Source of the DNA: a virus
DNA: 64,000 nt
Strand: one strand, 5' to 3'
IMG/VR virus record: IMGVR_UViG_3300049435_000061
Span: 1 to 64,000 of that record
Both the position numbers and the translations under genes were made by a program. Under the pieces are notes generated by a model. It was not told where the DNA came from. It made no database searches and saw nothing but the letters and a program-made list of their open reading frames with translations. Positions 15,277 through 24,615 of the stretch are shown piece by piece. Numbering within the stretch: the first letter of the stretch is position 1; every line of letters begins with the position of its first letter.

Positions 15277-17241
15277 TCATGGTGTTGCCGGGTTGTCCCG
15301 GTCGTCTTTGGGACGCTTGAAGATTCGGTTGTCGTCGGGTGTCCACAGGCGGTCGCCGCTGCGCACCGTCCCGCTGTTGGTGTCAACGGCGAAAGCGACA
15401 CGCCCACCGGGTCCAACTTTGAATGTGCGTGACGACGGAATGATCGGTCGTGCACCGCCGATGACGACGGGCACACCGAACACCAGCTCCGAGACGATGC
15501 TGGCGGGGGCGACGTCCTGGTTGAGCAGAAACAGGATGAACTGGCCGAACCGTTGGCCACTGTCGATGCCTGCCGGTGCGACAATGTAGGCCAGCGTTGC
15601 ATGGCCCGCCCGGTCGCTCGCCGGAATCGAGTGGGCGGCAACAATTGTTCCCAGCGTGACACCGCCCAACAACTCTGTTGAACCGATGCCTGCTGGCGTG
15701 ACAGTGACCGCGCCGGGCGTGGCGGCAGCCGCACCGAACGCCTCGACGCTGACAACGCCTGTGGGGCTGACTGTGACGGTGCCCGGTGTGACGGTGGGTG
15801 TGCCGAACCGGTCGACACCAGGAATCCCTGTCGGTGCGATGATGACCGCAGCTGTGACCGCTGGCGTGCCGAACCACTCATCGGATCGGATGCCTGCTGG
15901 CGTGACGGTGACGGTGCCCGGTGTGACGACTGTGCCGCCCAACGTTTCACCACTGACAATGCCGTGCAGGCTGAGGTTGACCACGCCAGGTGTGACGATG
16001 GGTGTGCCGAAACGGTCGACACCGGGAATGCCTGCCGGTGCAATGATGACAGTGAACGTAACTGCTGGCGTCCCGAACCGCTCATCAGGTCGAATGCCCG
16101 CTGGCGAGATGGTGACCGCGCCCGGTGTGATGACCTGTACACCGAACGCTTCGACGCTGACAATGCCTGTGGGGCCGACTGTGACGGTGCCCGGTGTGAC
16201 AATGGGTGTGCCGAACCGCTCGACACCGGGAATGGACGCCGGTGCGATGATGGACACGCCGGTCACCACCGATGGCCCACCCAAAAGTTCGCCTGTAGCA
16301 ATGCCCGCCGATGTGACATACAGGACGGTGGTGGGAACACCGATCTGCTCGACGCCGCCGATGCCGTTGGGTGCCACAATGTACGCGGTCGCCACCGACC
16401 CGAGCGCGGAGCCGCCGTCGATGCTGGCGGGCATCACCGCAAAGCCGAGTGCCGCGCTACCCAACTGTTGTGCGCTCGCGATACCGACCGGTGAGATTGT
16501 GACCGCACCCGGTGTGACGGCTAGTGCACCAGCGGCTTCGGTGCTGACAATGCCTGTCGGTGTGACAGTGACCGTACCGGGTGTGACAGTTGACGCACCT
16601 GGTCGTTCGTCGCTGGCAATGCCTGCTGCTGTGATGGCCACGCCAAGTGCGGTGCCACCCAGCCGTTCACCGCTGGCAACGCCTGTCGGTGCGACGTCTA
16701 TGGTGCCGGTGGTTGCGCCCAACCGTTCAGCACTTGCGATGGCTGCTGGGGCAACCGTGACCACACCGGGCGTGACTGTTTGCGCACCAGCGGTTTCCGC
16801 TGACGGGATGCCTGTCGGTGTGACGGTGGCCGTACCGGGTGCGACAGTTGGCGCACCTGCCCGTTCAGCGGTGGCAATGCCTGCCGGTGTGACAGTGACA
16901 GTGCCCGGTGTGACTGTTTGCGCACCAACGGCTTCCGTGCTGGCGATGCCTGCCGGTGTGACGTTGACGGTGCCGGTGGTTGCGCCTAAACGTTCGGCGG
17001 TGGGGATGCCTGTTGGTGCGACGGTGACAACGTTGGTCTGGGTGGCTACACCTAAACGTTCACCGCTGGCAATACCTGTTGGCGCGATGGTGACGGTGCC
17101 AGGTGTAACAGTCTGTACACCAGCGGCTTCCGCGCTCGCGATGCCTGCTGGTGCAATCGTCTGCGGCGGCCCACTCGTCGCGACAGGCCCAACAAGCGGC
17201 TTGTACGACGCTACTGGGTATGACCGCCCAGCGCGGGCCAT
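15277..17241 (-). CDS. repetitive virion/fibre-like protein
   Basis: Many ~21-24 aa repeats VTPGTVTVxPxGIxSxExxG. Confidence 0.75.
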   Translation of the reverse strand: MARAGRSYPVASYKPLVGPVATSGPPQTIAPAGIASAEAAGVQTVTPGTVTIAPTGIASGERLGVATQTNVVTVAPTGIPTAERLGATTGTVNVTPAGIASTEAVGAQTVTPGTVTVTPAGIATAERAGAPTVAPGTATVTPTGIPSAETAGAQTVTPGVVTVAPAAIASAERLGATTGTIDVAPTGVASGERLGGTALGVAITAAGIASDERPGASTVTPGTVTVTPTGIVSTEAAGALAVTPGAVTISPVGIASAQQLGSAALGFAVMPASIDGGSALGSVATAYIVAPNGIGGVEQIGVPTTVLYVTSAGIATGELLGGPSVVTGVSIIAPASIPGVERFGTPIVTPGTVTVGPTGIVSVEAFGVQVITPGAVTISPAGIRPDERFGTPAVTFTVIIAPAGIPGVDRFGTPIVTPGVVNLSLHGIVSGETLGGTVVTPGTVTVTPAGIRSDEWFGTPAVTAAVIIAPTGIPGVDRFGTPTVTPGTVTVSPTGVVSVEAFGAAAATPGAVTVTPAGIGSTELLGGVTLGTIVAAHSIPASDRAGHATLAYIVAPAGIDSGQRFGQFILFLLNQDVAPASIVSELVFGVPVVIGGARPIIPSSRTFKVGPGGRVAFAVDTNSGTVRSGDRLWTPDDNRIFKRPKDDRDNPATP

Positions 17242-17244
17242 CGG

Positions 17245-17736
17245 TTATTCTTCCCAGACGATGTAGCAGACGGCGTTGATGGCCACGGCGGTGTTCATTC
17301 GGATACGACAAATGTCGTTGGCCGCAACACCGGGTTCACGGTCGAGCGGGAACTGTTTCGAGTACGACTGTGCCCACTGTTCGGAGAAATCCAGAATCCT
17401 TGTGGCGGTGATAGTTCCCTCGGCGGACGCGGTGAAACCGGTTGCCGTCGTACCCAACGATGCAAGGGATGCAGCGCCACCCGAATCGTCATATTTCATA
17501 ACGTCGTTGGCACCGGCAGCGGTGACGGTGGCTGCCACGGTGCCAGATGTCATGAGACCAACCTCCACAACCGCCGTGGGGACGGTGGCGAAGCTGTAGC
17601 CCCATTCGATGATGGCGATAGGTGTGGTCGGTTTCAGTTGAAGCATCGTCTTCAAAACGGTGCCGGTGGTGACCGGCGTGAAGTTGCCCGTGGTAGGCAT
17701 CGCCTGGTTCCACAGGATGAAACGTCTACGTGCCAT
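17245..17736 (-). CDS. probable minor virion protein
   Basis: Thr/Ala-rich, beta-type, in structural cluster. Confidence 0.6.
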   Translation of the reverse strand: MARRRFILWNQAMPTTGNFTPVTTGTVLKTMLQLKPTTPIAIIEWGYSFATVPTAVVEVGLMTSGTVAATVTAAGANDVMKYDDSGGAASLASLGTTATGFTASAEGTITATRILDFSEQWAQSYSKQFPLDREPGVAANDICRIRMNTAVAINAVCYIVWEE

Positions 17737-17748
17737 TCATGTTCTCCC

Positions 17749-18453
17749 TCAATAGTTTAGGGACCGTGCGATCGCAATGGACAGTTGATTGTCAACGGCG
17801 GGCACCGATGATGCCGGTGGTATCGGAAGCAGCGCACCCAGCCAGGCTCCCGCCGATGTGTTGGTGGCAATGGTGGATGTTATCGAGCCGGACGCACCTG
17901 CCGCCGCCTTAACCAACGTGTCGACTGCCATGTTGCCGTTGAGGTCGCCACCGTCATAGCGTTCCGTCATACCGGTGGCGGCGGTGTATTGACCACCACC
18001 GAACCCTGAACCCGACCAGACGAGAAGTCGGTCGGTACCTGTGGTGGTGACCGACACTGCCGGGATACTGCCATCGGCGGTGGTTGTTTTTATCGCCGAG
18101 TTAAGCACGTCGAACGGGACGCCCGTTTTAATGCAACCGGTGAAACGAAGGGCCACCCCGTTGCGCCACGCCGCTGCGGTCTGGATGGTGAAATTGTATG
18201 TGCCAGAATCGGCTCCGGTTGCCCGCTTCCAAAAGATGTGCATGTTGTGCGCTTGGGTTCCGGTGACCACCACTGGTGAGTTGGTGACTTGCGTGAACCC
18301 GCTTGGCATGGTGACAGCGTTGGTGTTTTCTTTGTACAGAAACGCCAAGATAATGTCGTCAACAGCGACACTGGCGGGAACCGGAATGTTGCTTGCGGTG
18401 GCACTTGCACCACCCAGTTCCGTTCCGGCACTGCCGAAGGCGGGTGCTGCCAC
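17749..18453 (-). CDS. probable minor tail protein
   Basis: Beta-rich, FWKRATGAD motif. Confidence 0.6.
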   Translation of the reverse strand: MAAPAFGSAGTELGGASATASNIPVPASVAVDDIILAFLYKENTNAVTMPSGFTQVTNSPVVVTGTQAHNMHIFWKRATGADSGTYNFTIQTAAAWRNGVALRFTGCIKTGVPFDVLNSAIKTTTADGSIPAVSVTTTGTDRLLVWSGSGFGGGQYTAATGMTERYDGGDLNGNMAVDTLVKAAAGASGSITSTIATNTSAGAWLGALLPIPPASSVPAVDNQLSIAIARSLNY

Positions 18454-19146
18454 CTACGGTACCCGGCACACGCCGTTGCTCATCAACGGACGCAGATCGA
18501 CCGGCCTGTTGGGATCAGGATTTTTGATGATGGTCTCACTAGAGCCGTTGGGTAGAGCGTTCTCACATTGAGCCACTTGTTGATTGGTACCTGACGGCTC
18601 AAGCCACAAATCCACATGGTTGCCCGAAAAGTTGCAGCCACAAAAATCTTCCATGATGTAGTACCGCTGCAACTTTGGTACATAGATGCGGGTACCGGGC
18701 GGGAAAACGCTGGTGTCCTCGGTGGCGAAGGTCTGCGGGTCTTGATATGTCCCCGTGCCCCCTGCCTGCTGATGTCGTGGCGGCGAACCAGGGTAGGCGA
18801 TGGCACGCGACCCTGGCGGATCATTGTCGGGTGCCGAATACCAGGTGATCCGACCGGACAACGTCGTGCCGCTCGACGGCACCGTGGTCGTCGTCGTTGT
18901 CGTCGGTACCGTGGTCGTCGTGGTCGTTGTCGACGGCGTCGTGGTGGTTGTCGTGGTAGTGGTTGACGGCCGCGTGGTCGACGTCGTGGTGGTTGTTGAC
19001 GGCGGCGTGGTCGGCGTTGGTGTGGCGCACAGGCGCGGGAACCAAATGCAGTACCAGGGTGCAGCACTGGCAGATGGTGTGCACAACACCAACCCAACCG
19101 CGACAACAATCGCCGTGAACGCGGCAAGCAACCGTGCCCTACTCAC
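18454..19146 (-). CDS. secreted protein with Thr-rich linker and 3D/DPBB-like cell-wall domain
   Basis: Signal peptide ASA|A; ITWY...PPGTRIYVP...EDFC...HVDLW. Confidence 0.6.
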   Translation of the reverse strand: MSRARLLAAFTAIVVAVGLVLCTPSASAAPWYCIWFPRLCATPTPTTPPSTTTTTSTTRPSTTTTTTTTTPSTTTTTTTVPTTTTTTTVPSSGTTLSGRITWYSAPDNDPPGSRAIAYPGSPPRHQQAGGTGTYQDPQTFATEDTSVFPPGTRIYVPKLQRYYIMEDFCGCNFSGNHVDLWLEPSGTNQQVAQCENALPNGSSETIIKNPDPNRPVDLRPLMSNGVCRVP

Positions 19147-20009
19147 AGCTTGAAAATCTTGTTAACGCCGGTATCCCAGGTGACGCTGATGTTGCCGCCG
19201 TTTGGTGTGACCGGCAGACCGGCCCCGGTGGCGGGTGCGTCTGCGCGGGAACCGGCTGTGACGATGGCAGCCAAAGCAGTGACCGTCACGGTGCGGTCAC
19301 CCGCATTGGCCAGGGCGGACAGTGTGGCGCTGGCACCGTTAGAAAATGTCAGCACAGTGCCGTTGGGGATACCGGCTGACAGACGTTCCACGGCGATGGT
19401 GGTGGCCGATGCTGCCGCCTGCGCGGCGCAGGTGACGATGTGGCGTCCGTCGATGAGTGCCACCATGCGGGAGGTTGAGGGGGTGCCGGTGTCCCGATAG
19501 AGGCCAACAGCTTCCACGGTGGCACCCGACACGGTCGGGAATGTCAGGTTGCCTGCGCTGGCCACGCCAGAGGTCACACCGGGTGTGGCGATGGCCTGTC
19601 CGGTGCCGACGTTGCAGGCGTCGAAGTCGTCCCAGTTGTCACCGGCTGCGGACGGCCCGAGGCACACCGCATAGCCGCCGCTGGTGTAGGCGGCTGAACC
19701 GACAACGTTGGTGCCGATGATCGGGTCTGTCAGCTCCATTGTGTTGGCGGCGACGTTGGCGATTTTCCACAAGCCGTTGGCTGCCAGGTTGCCGCCGACA
19801 CCGCCGATCACAACGAGGTCGCCGTTGGCGAAACCGTGTGCGGTGGCGGTGATGACGATGGGTGTAGCATTGGTCGCCGCCGTGACCGCTTTCACGCCCG
19901 TGTCGGCGGTGTTGAGGTCCATCAGCGCGCCTTTGAACGCCTGCGTATCCCAGTCGAGTGTTCCATCCAGAAAGCCTTCACGGCCTTTCTCGAACAGTGC
20001 GTTGGCCAT
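19143..20009 (-). CDS. minor virion protein with FCCH-like beta insert
   Basis: MANALFEKGREGFL...TNATPIVITATAHGFANGD. Confidence 0.65.
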   Translation of the reverse strand: MANALFEKGREGFLDGTLDWDTQAFKGALMDLNTADTGVKAVTAATNATPIVITATAHGFANGDLVVIGGVGGNLAANGLWKIANVAANTMELTDPIIGTNVVGSAAYTSGGYAVCLGPSAAGDNWDDFDACNVGTGQAIATPGVTSGVASAGNLTFPTVSGATVEAVGLYRDTGTPSTSRMVALIDGRHIVTCAAQAAASATTIAVERLSAGIPNGTVLTFSNGASATLSALANAGDRTVTVTALAAIVTAGSRADAPATGAGLPVTPNGGNISVTWDTGVNKIFKL

Positions 20010-20291
20010 CTATGTCTCCGAAATTAGTAGGATCAGGGTTTGATCGTCTTGCTCCCCGTTGGCCGTGGTGATGTGGCAGGGGATCAAGTATTCGACGCCA
20101 GCTGTGGCACCGGCTGCGGACAGGCGCACAACCGATGCCGTATCGGTGTGCGACTCTGAAATCTTGGTGATACCGGCAGGCGGTGTCCACACTGACGTCG
20201 CAATAGTGTCGTCGGTCGACAGGTCAGCTGACCAGTCGATGTCGAAATCTCGGACTGCGTTGCGGTCCATCACTTTTGCGAACACCGCCAC
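20010..20291 (-). CDS. fibre-tail adaptor-like protein
   Basis: DFDIDWS...DTIATSVW...CHITTANG. Confidence 0.55.
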   Translation of the reverse strand: MAVFAKVMDRNAVRDFDIDWSADLSTDDTIATSVWTPPAGITKISESHTDTASVVRLSAAGATAGVEYLIPCHITTANGEQDDQTLILLISET

Positions 20292-20305
20292 CGGAATCTT
20301 TCCTC

Positions 20306-20491
20306 CTATTTCACGGGGTCGAGCAGGCGGGTTGCCCACTCCCCCACTGTTTCTGTGGGTGCCGCCACCGCGTGTTTGCAGTGCAGAAACGGCGGGTCAC
20401 CCGGCTCGCTGTGCATCCAAACGGTCTGGCCGTCCGCATCTTTCAGCAGAAGCAGCCGAACCCCACAGCCTTTGTTTTTGCACCGTTTCAC
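20306..20491 (-). CDS. small Cys-containing protein
   Basis: Coupled ORF. Confidence 0.5.
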   Translation of the reverse strand: MKRCKNKGCGVRLLLLKDADGQTVWMHSEPGDPPFLHCKHAVAAPTETVGEWATRLLDPVK

Positions 20492-21312
20492 GGCACTAGC
20501 GCGTCCGGCACTGGTGGGTTGACCACCGGATTGTCAGCTGGCGGAACAACACCGGGAAGCGGGTCACCGTAGAAATTGTTGGTGACATTGTTCTCATCGA
20601 CGTAGCTGCCGGTGATCGGCCCGTTCGGCACGTTGTGCTGCGGCGGAATGTCTTGCACCCCGTCACCATTAGTGTCTGCACCGTTGATGGTGGACAGCTG
20701 CGTAATCTCAGCCCACGGCGGCTGACCACCGTTGGACCCGTACGCATCGTTGACGTCGTTGCGGTTCTCACTGTTGGGCACCACCGGAAGGTTCGCCGGG
20801 ACACCGATAACCGCAGCGCCGACATTGATGCCCACACCAATCGGACCTGGTGTCGGCCCGAAAACGCCAGGGTCACCCCAGGCGTTGCCGTTGGTGATCA
20901 GGCGGGTGTTGCTACCCGGCTGGTCAGCGCCGACATCACTGGCGACCTGAATCGCCGGGGCGTCGCCGTAGGAGAACCCTTCGATCACGCACCGACTACC
21001 ATTTGCACAATGCTGATCCCAGGCGGCTCGCGTGGCGGCAACCCCTTGATTGAAGGCATCGTTGGGTGTGGTGCTGCCCGAGAACGGTGCAAAGTCGCCG
21101 TCACAGGTGCCGTAGGCAACCGGTACCGGGTCACCCTGCAAGCGGCCTTGGGCCGCAATAGTGTTGGCCAGCCCTTGACTTGTGCAGTCGGTGTTGCCAC
21201 CGACGATGATGTGGGTGTCGGCACTGGCGAAGCCTGAACCGAACAGCAGGCACGCCAGTGCGGCGAGGCCCGCCAGTAGTACGCCGAAACCGGCGCGTCT
21301 GACTGCGTTCAC
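20488..21312 (-). CDS. secreted cutinase/PE-PPE-like serine hydrolase
   Basis: Signal peptide ASA|D; GFSYG nucleophile elbow. Confidence 0.7.
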   Translation of the reverse strand: MNAVRRAGFGVLLAGLAALACLLFGSGFASADTHIIVGGNTDCTSQGLANTIAAQGRLQGDPVPVAYGTCDGDFAPFSGSTTPNDAFNQGVAATRAAWDQHCANGSRCVIEGFSYGDAPAIQVASDVGADQPGSNTRLITNGNAWGDPGVFGPTPGPIGVGINVGAAVIGVPANLPVVPNSENRNDVNDAYGSNGGQPPWAEITQLSTINGADTNGDGVQDIPPQHNVPNGPITGSYVDENNVTNNFYGDPLPGVVPPADNPVVNPPVPDALVP

Positions 21313-21370
21313 TGTGTTTTCCTTACCTTTAACTGCTCCACCCGACGTGGGCGGATGATCTGTGCACACC

Positions 21371-21407
21371 AAAAAGCCCGACCCCTCTTTGTGTGAAGGC
21401 CGGGCTT
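21371..21407 (-). terminator. intrinsic terminator after lysin genes
   Basis: AAGCCCGGCC...GGTCGGGCTT followed by TTT. Confidence 0.7.
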
Positions 21408-21422
21408 GGGTGTTGCTGCGGT

Positions 21423-21755
21423 TTAACCTGTTTGGTTCATCCGCTTCTGTACAGACTTGAAGATTCCCACGGCGAACGCATCGTTGGCCGGAAGTTTGCC
21501 TGCCGCACCAAGGTTCACCGTTTCCACCGAGAACGGGTCGTGACATTCCACCGCAAGCCAGAAGATGAGGTGGTCGTAGGCGTGGCCGTTGGTGAACAAC
21601 GCCATACCGGTGGTGTCGTCGACACCGTCGTTGGTGCGGCGACACGTGGCACGCGAAATCCACTTGCCACCCTGAGTGATTCCGGGGATGTCGCCGATGT
21701 TTTTGTACGACGTTGTCTTGTCGTACATTTCGTTGAACATGTCTTGGTTGCTCAT
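21423..21755 (-). CDS. stand-alone lysin A C-terminal (cell-wall-binding-like) domain
   Basis: SR...R...VDDTTGMALFTNGH...LA...DP resembles mycobacteriophage LysA C-terminal domains (recalled). Confidence 0.55.
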   Translation of the reverse strand: MSNQDMFNEMYDKTTSYKNIGDIPGITQGGKWISRATCRRTNDGVDDTTGMALFTNGHAYDHLIFWLAVECHDPFSVETVNLGAAGKLPANDAFAVGIFKSVQKRMNQTG

Positions 21756-21772
21756 TTGACTGCCTTTCGTTT

Positions 21773-22378
21773 TCAGATGTACAGATCGGGTACGCCGGGG
21801 ATCAACAGCTCACCAACGACGACAGCGTTGGCCCATGCGTAGCCTTTCGGCGGGATCAGGGTGGCGGTCTGGTCGAAAGCCTCCCAGTATCCGTAGGGCC
21901 GAAAGCCGCTGTCGGCCACCCACACTGCGCCACCAGGAAAGTCGGTGTCGTAGCCCATGATGGCGCGGTAGTGAAAGATGGTGCCGCCGCCGTATGCCGG
22001 GTCCGGTGATCCCATCACGCCGCGTGGATAGTTGGATGACGGCGCAACAATGTTGTTGCTCACCCCGTACCCGGCGTCAATCGAATGAAGGATGTGTTGC
22101 CACAGATGGTTTTTCTGAACTTCGCTCATCGGGTCTTGTTCGCACAGAACAGGTTCGAAGTGAGCGTCGGGCAGATAGCGGTTGAGCACCGGGGTAATCA
22201 TTCCCACCCAGGCGGTGCCGTCTTGGGTGGTGCCGATTTGGTTAGCCAGGTCTTGTTCGCTCACAACGATTCCGCGCGATTGCAGAATCATCTGTGTGGA
22301 CGCCGGACCGCACCAGAAGTAGGTGTCCTGTTTGTCGAATGCTGGGTTGCGGTCGTAGTCGAGAATCTTTTGGGTCAT
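21773..22378 (-). CDS. endolysin, C39-like peptidase
   Basis: QDTYFWCGPAS...IFHY...VADSGF...LIPPKGY. Confidence 0.85.
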   Translation of the reverse strand: MTQKILDYDRNPAFDKQDTYFWCGPASTQMILQSRGIVVSEQDLANQIGTTQDGTAWVGMITPVLNRYLPDAHFEPVLCEQDPMSEVQKNHLWQHILHSIDAGYGVSNNIVAPSSNYPRGVMGSPDPAYGGGTIFHYRAIMGYDTDFPGGAVWVADSGFRPYGYWEAFDQTATLIPPKGYAWANAVVVGELLIPGVPDLYI

Positions 22379-23007
22379 GCGGGCAGCCCTTCCACGCCGG
22401 GGATCAGCAGCGGGCTGCCCATGCCTAACGCCGCCGCCAGATCGGCTTTGGTACCGCGAAACGCGTTGACATCCAACGCCAAACCAGCGACCAGGCCGTC
22501 ATCACCGTATTGGAGTATGCCGACGTCTTTGCCGCCGTAGCCGTTCCAGTTGGGGTGGTTGTCACCAGGGTAGGTGTGGGTGTATTCGGACCGCACCAAC
22601 AAACCGGGGATGTCCCGAAGGGTCGGCTTACCAATCCGCTCCCAATACCAGTCGGGTAGGTAGGACACCACTGTCGGTATGCCGAGAGCCGCGAACGCAT
22701 TCACGCAAGCCCAGTAGTTGTTGAGGTCACCGGAGCCGTCCTCGAAGTCCAGCATCACCCGTTCACCACCGCCGTTGTCACGGAAGTTGCGGGCCTGGGC
22801 ATTCGGGTCGTCAGTTTTGACGTAGTGATAACCGACGCACAACAGCCCGCGCTGTGCACACCAATCGCGTGTTCGTGGCCAGAACTTGTCCTTAAACCCT
22901 GACCCTTCACTGACCTTGGCGAAAACGAAAGCGTAGCCCTCGTCGGCAACCCGGTCGATGTTGACGGTGCCGTTGTTGTTGGAGATGTCGGGTCCGAAGA
23001 TGGTCAT
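22375..23007 (-). CDS. endolysin, GH25 muramidase
   Basis: GPDISNNNG...KVSEG...GYHY...MLDFE...LQY...DVNAFRG. Confidence 0.88.
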   Translation of the reverse strand: MTIFGPDISNNNGTVNIDRVADEGYAFVFAKVSEGSGFKDKFWPRTRDWCAQRGLLCVGYHYVKTDDPNAQARNFRDNGGGERVMLDFEDGSGDLNNYWACVNAFAALGIPTVVSYLPDWYWERIGKPTLRDIPGLLVRSEYTHTYPGDNHPNWNGYGGKDVGILQYGDDGLVAGLALDVNAFRGTKADLAAALGMGSPLLIPGVEGLPA

Positions 23008-23930
23008 TAAATGATCCTCTCGACTGTGGCCGTCTCCACCTTCAAAATGTTTGTGGCGCTCGACGTTGCCCACTGTGCGGTCAGTTTCACCACGGGTGTA
23101 GCGGCGGTGGTGTCAACGACTGCCGTAGTGGCGATGGTGGTGGTAAGGATGACCGCCGTCGCAAACTCGATACGCCCGAAACCGTTGGCAACGTATGTGC
23201 CGCTGGCACCGACTGTGCGAACGGTGATGTCCACTTCCAGGTTGAAGGCGACCGGGCCAGCTGCGGTGCCCTGTGACGCCATCTGGAAGGTCTCGGTGCT
23301 GACGTTGGCACCCAGATATGGCCGAAACGTCAGTGTGCCGCTGGTCGCTTGTACCTGCACCGTGCCGCGCACTTTGAGGCGAAACGTTGAACCGGCCACA
23401 AGCGATCCGGTCGGGAGTGTGAACGTGATGACAGACGTTTCGGTGGTCGACGTATTCAGGTTCACCTGAGCCGTGTTGGCCGTCAAACCACCGGCCAACT
23501 CTGGTGCGCTCGCCGCTGCCGGTGCGGCTAGCGCGGAGTAGACGCCGCCCGCCACACGCACCAGGCCGGTGCCGCTGAGAAACGTTGCACCCTCCGGTGT
23601 GCCACACATGGTGACTTTCCAGTATTTGGTGGATGACACGGTGACCACTTGCAGCACCGCCCATGAACCTGTGCGGCCCAGAACGTAGTTGGTAGTCCCG
23701 TCCTGAAATGTGTCGCTGCCACTGCGGGTGAAGGTGACTGTGTTGGTGGTGACGTCGAGCGGGTCTTTCTGGATCACCATTGAAACGCCATCGGTAAGAC
23801 CGGACAATGCCGGAAGCGATGGCGTTAGGTTGCCTGCTGATGCGTTGTAGGTGTTGATCGAACCGATGGTGGGTGCGGTGGATGCCGAGATGACGGCGGC
23901 ACCATTGAGTGTTGCTGCGAGCACTGACAT
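23007..23930 (-). CDS. minor tail / receptor-binding protein
   Basis: Thr-rich beta protein after tail genes. Confidence 0.65.
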   Translation of the reverse strand: MSVLAATLNGAAVISASTAPTIGSINTYNASAGNLTPSLPALSGLTDGVSMVIQKDPLDVTTNTVTFTRSGSDTFQDGTTNYVLGRTGSWAVLQVVTVSSTKYWKVTMCGTPEGATFLSGTGLVRVAGGVYSALAAPAAASAPELAGGLTANTAQVNLNTSTTETSVITFTLPTGSLVAGSTFRLKVRGTVQVQATSGTLTFRPYLGANVSTETFQMASQGTAAGPVAFNLEVDITVRTVGASGTYVANGFGRIEFATAVILTTTIATTAVVDTTAATPVVKLTAQWATSSATNILKVETATVERII

Positions 23931-23963
23931 TTTAGGTCACCCCAGCCATCCTTCGGCCTACCA

Positions 23964-24128
23964 TCAAGGCGTCACCTCATTTTTGGTTTGTGCGTACAAG
24001 CTGATGTACCCCCGTGCAATATCTGCCCAACCCGACGCCAAGGGGCCACTGCTGTTGCCTGCTGCGGTCTTGCCCTTCGTCAAAGCGCTTTCGGCCTCGG
24101 CGCGGTACTGGTCAGCTGTTAGTGCCAT
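23964..24128 (-). CDS. 54-aa hypothetical protein
   Basis: Manual ORF MALTADQYRAE...; RBS AAGGAG. Confidence 0.55.
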   Translation of the reverse strand: MALTADQYRAEAESALTKGKTAAGNSSGPLASGWADIARGYISLYAQTKNEVTP

Positions 24129-24300
24129 CGTTACTCCTTTGGTGCAGTTGATATTTCAGCGACGATCCGCGTCAATGCGGTCACCGCTGCCGCTGCTGCG
24201 GTCCACAGGTGGGTGATGTCGCCGTCGCGCTGCGAGTCCTCCACAGCCTGGGCAAGGGACTGCTCGATCAGTGCGCATTTGTGCTGCCGGATGAGGTCCA

Positions 24301-24597
24301 TTAGGCGGTGGTGTAGCCCAACTCACGAATGACATCATCGAGGGTGCCGTGGTCAATGTTGTCGATAGGCTGCATAATGCGCTGCTCAAAACCACCCTCG
24401 GCGTTAGATGGATAGATGAAAACGATGTCCTCGCTAGCGCTTTGAGCAATCGACTGGATATGAATTGCGACATACCCATAACTAACCCTCTCGCCACGCG
24501 GGGTAAACCGTTGCAGAGGCGGCGACAAACTGACCAGAGTCGTCGTCGGTGGCCAGTGCTGCATTGATGTGTCGAGAATTGTTGCGGTAGATGCCAT
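24301..24597 (-). CDS. small protein following tail fibre
   Basis: RBS AAGGA; typical position. Confidence 0.65.
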   Translation of the reverse strand: MASTATILDTSMQHWPPTTTLVSLSPPLQRFTPRGERVSYGYVAIHIQSIAQSASEDIVFIYPSNAEGGFEQRIMQPIDNIDHGTLDDVIRELGYTTA

Positions 24598-24615
24598 TTC
24601 AGTCCGTCCTCTTTT

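Noticed and set aside
15656-17266. 536-aa plus-strand ORF (also the 15063-16226 alternative frame)
   Set aside because: Shadow of the repetitive GC-rich minus-strand gene
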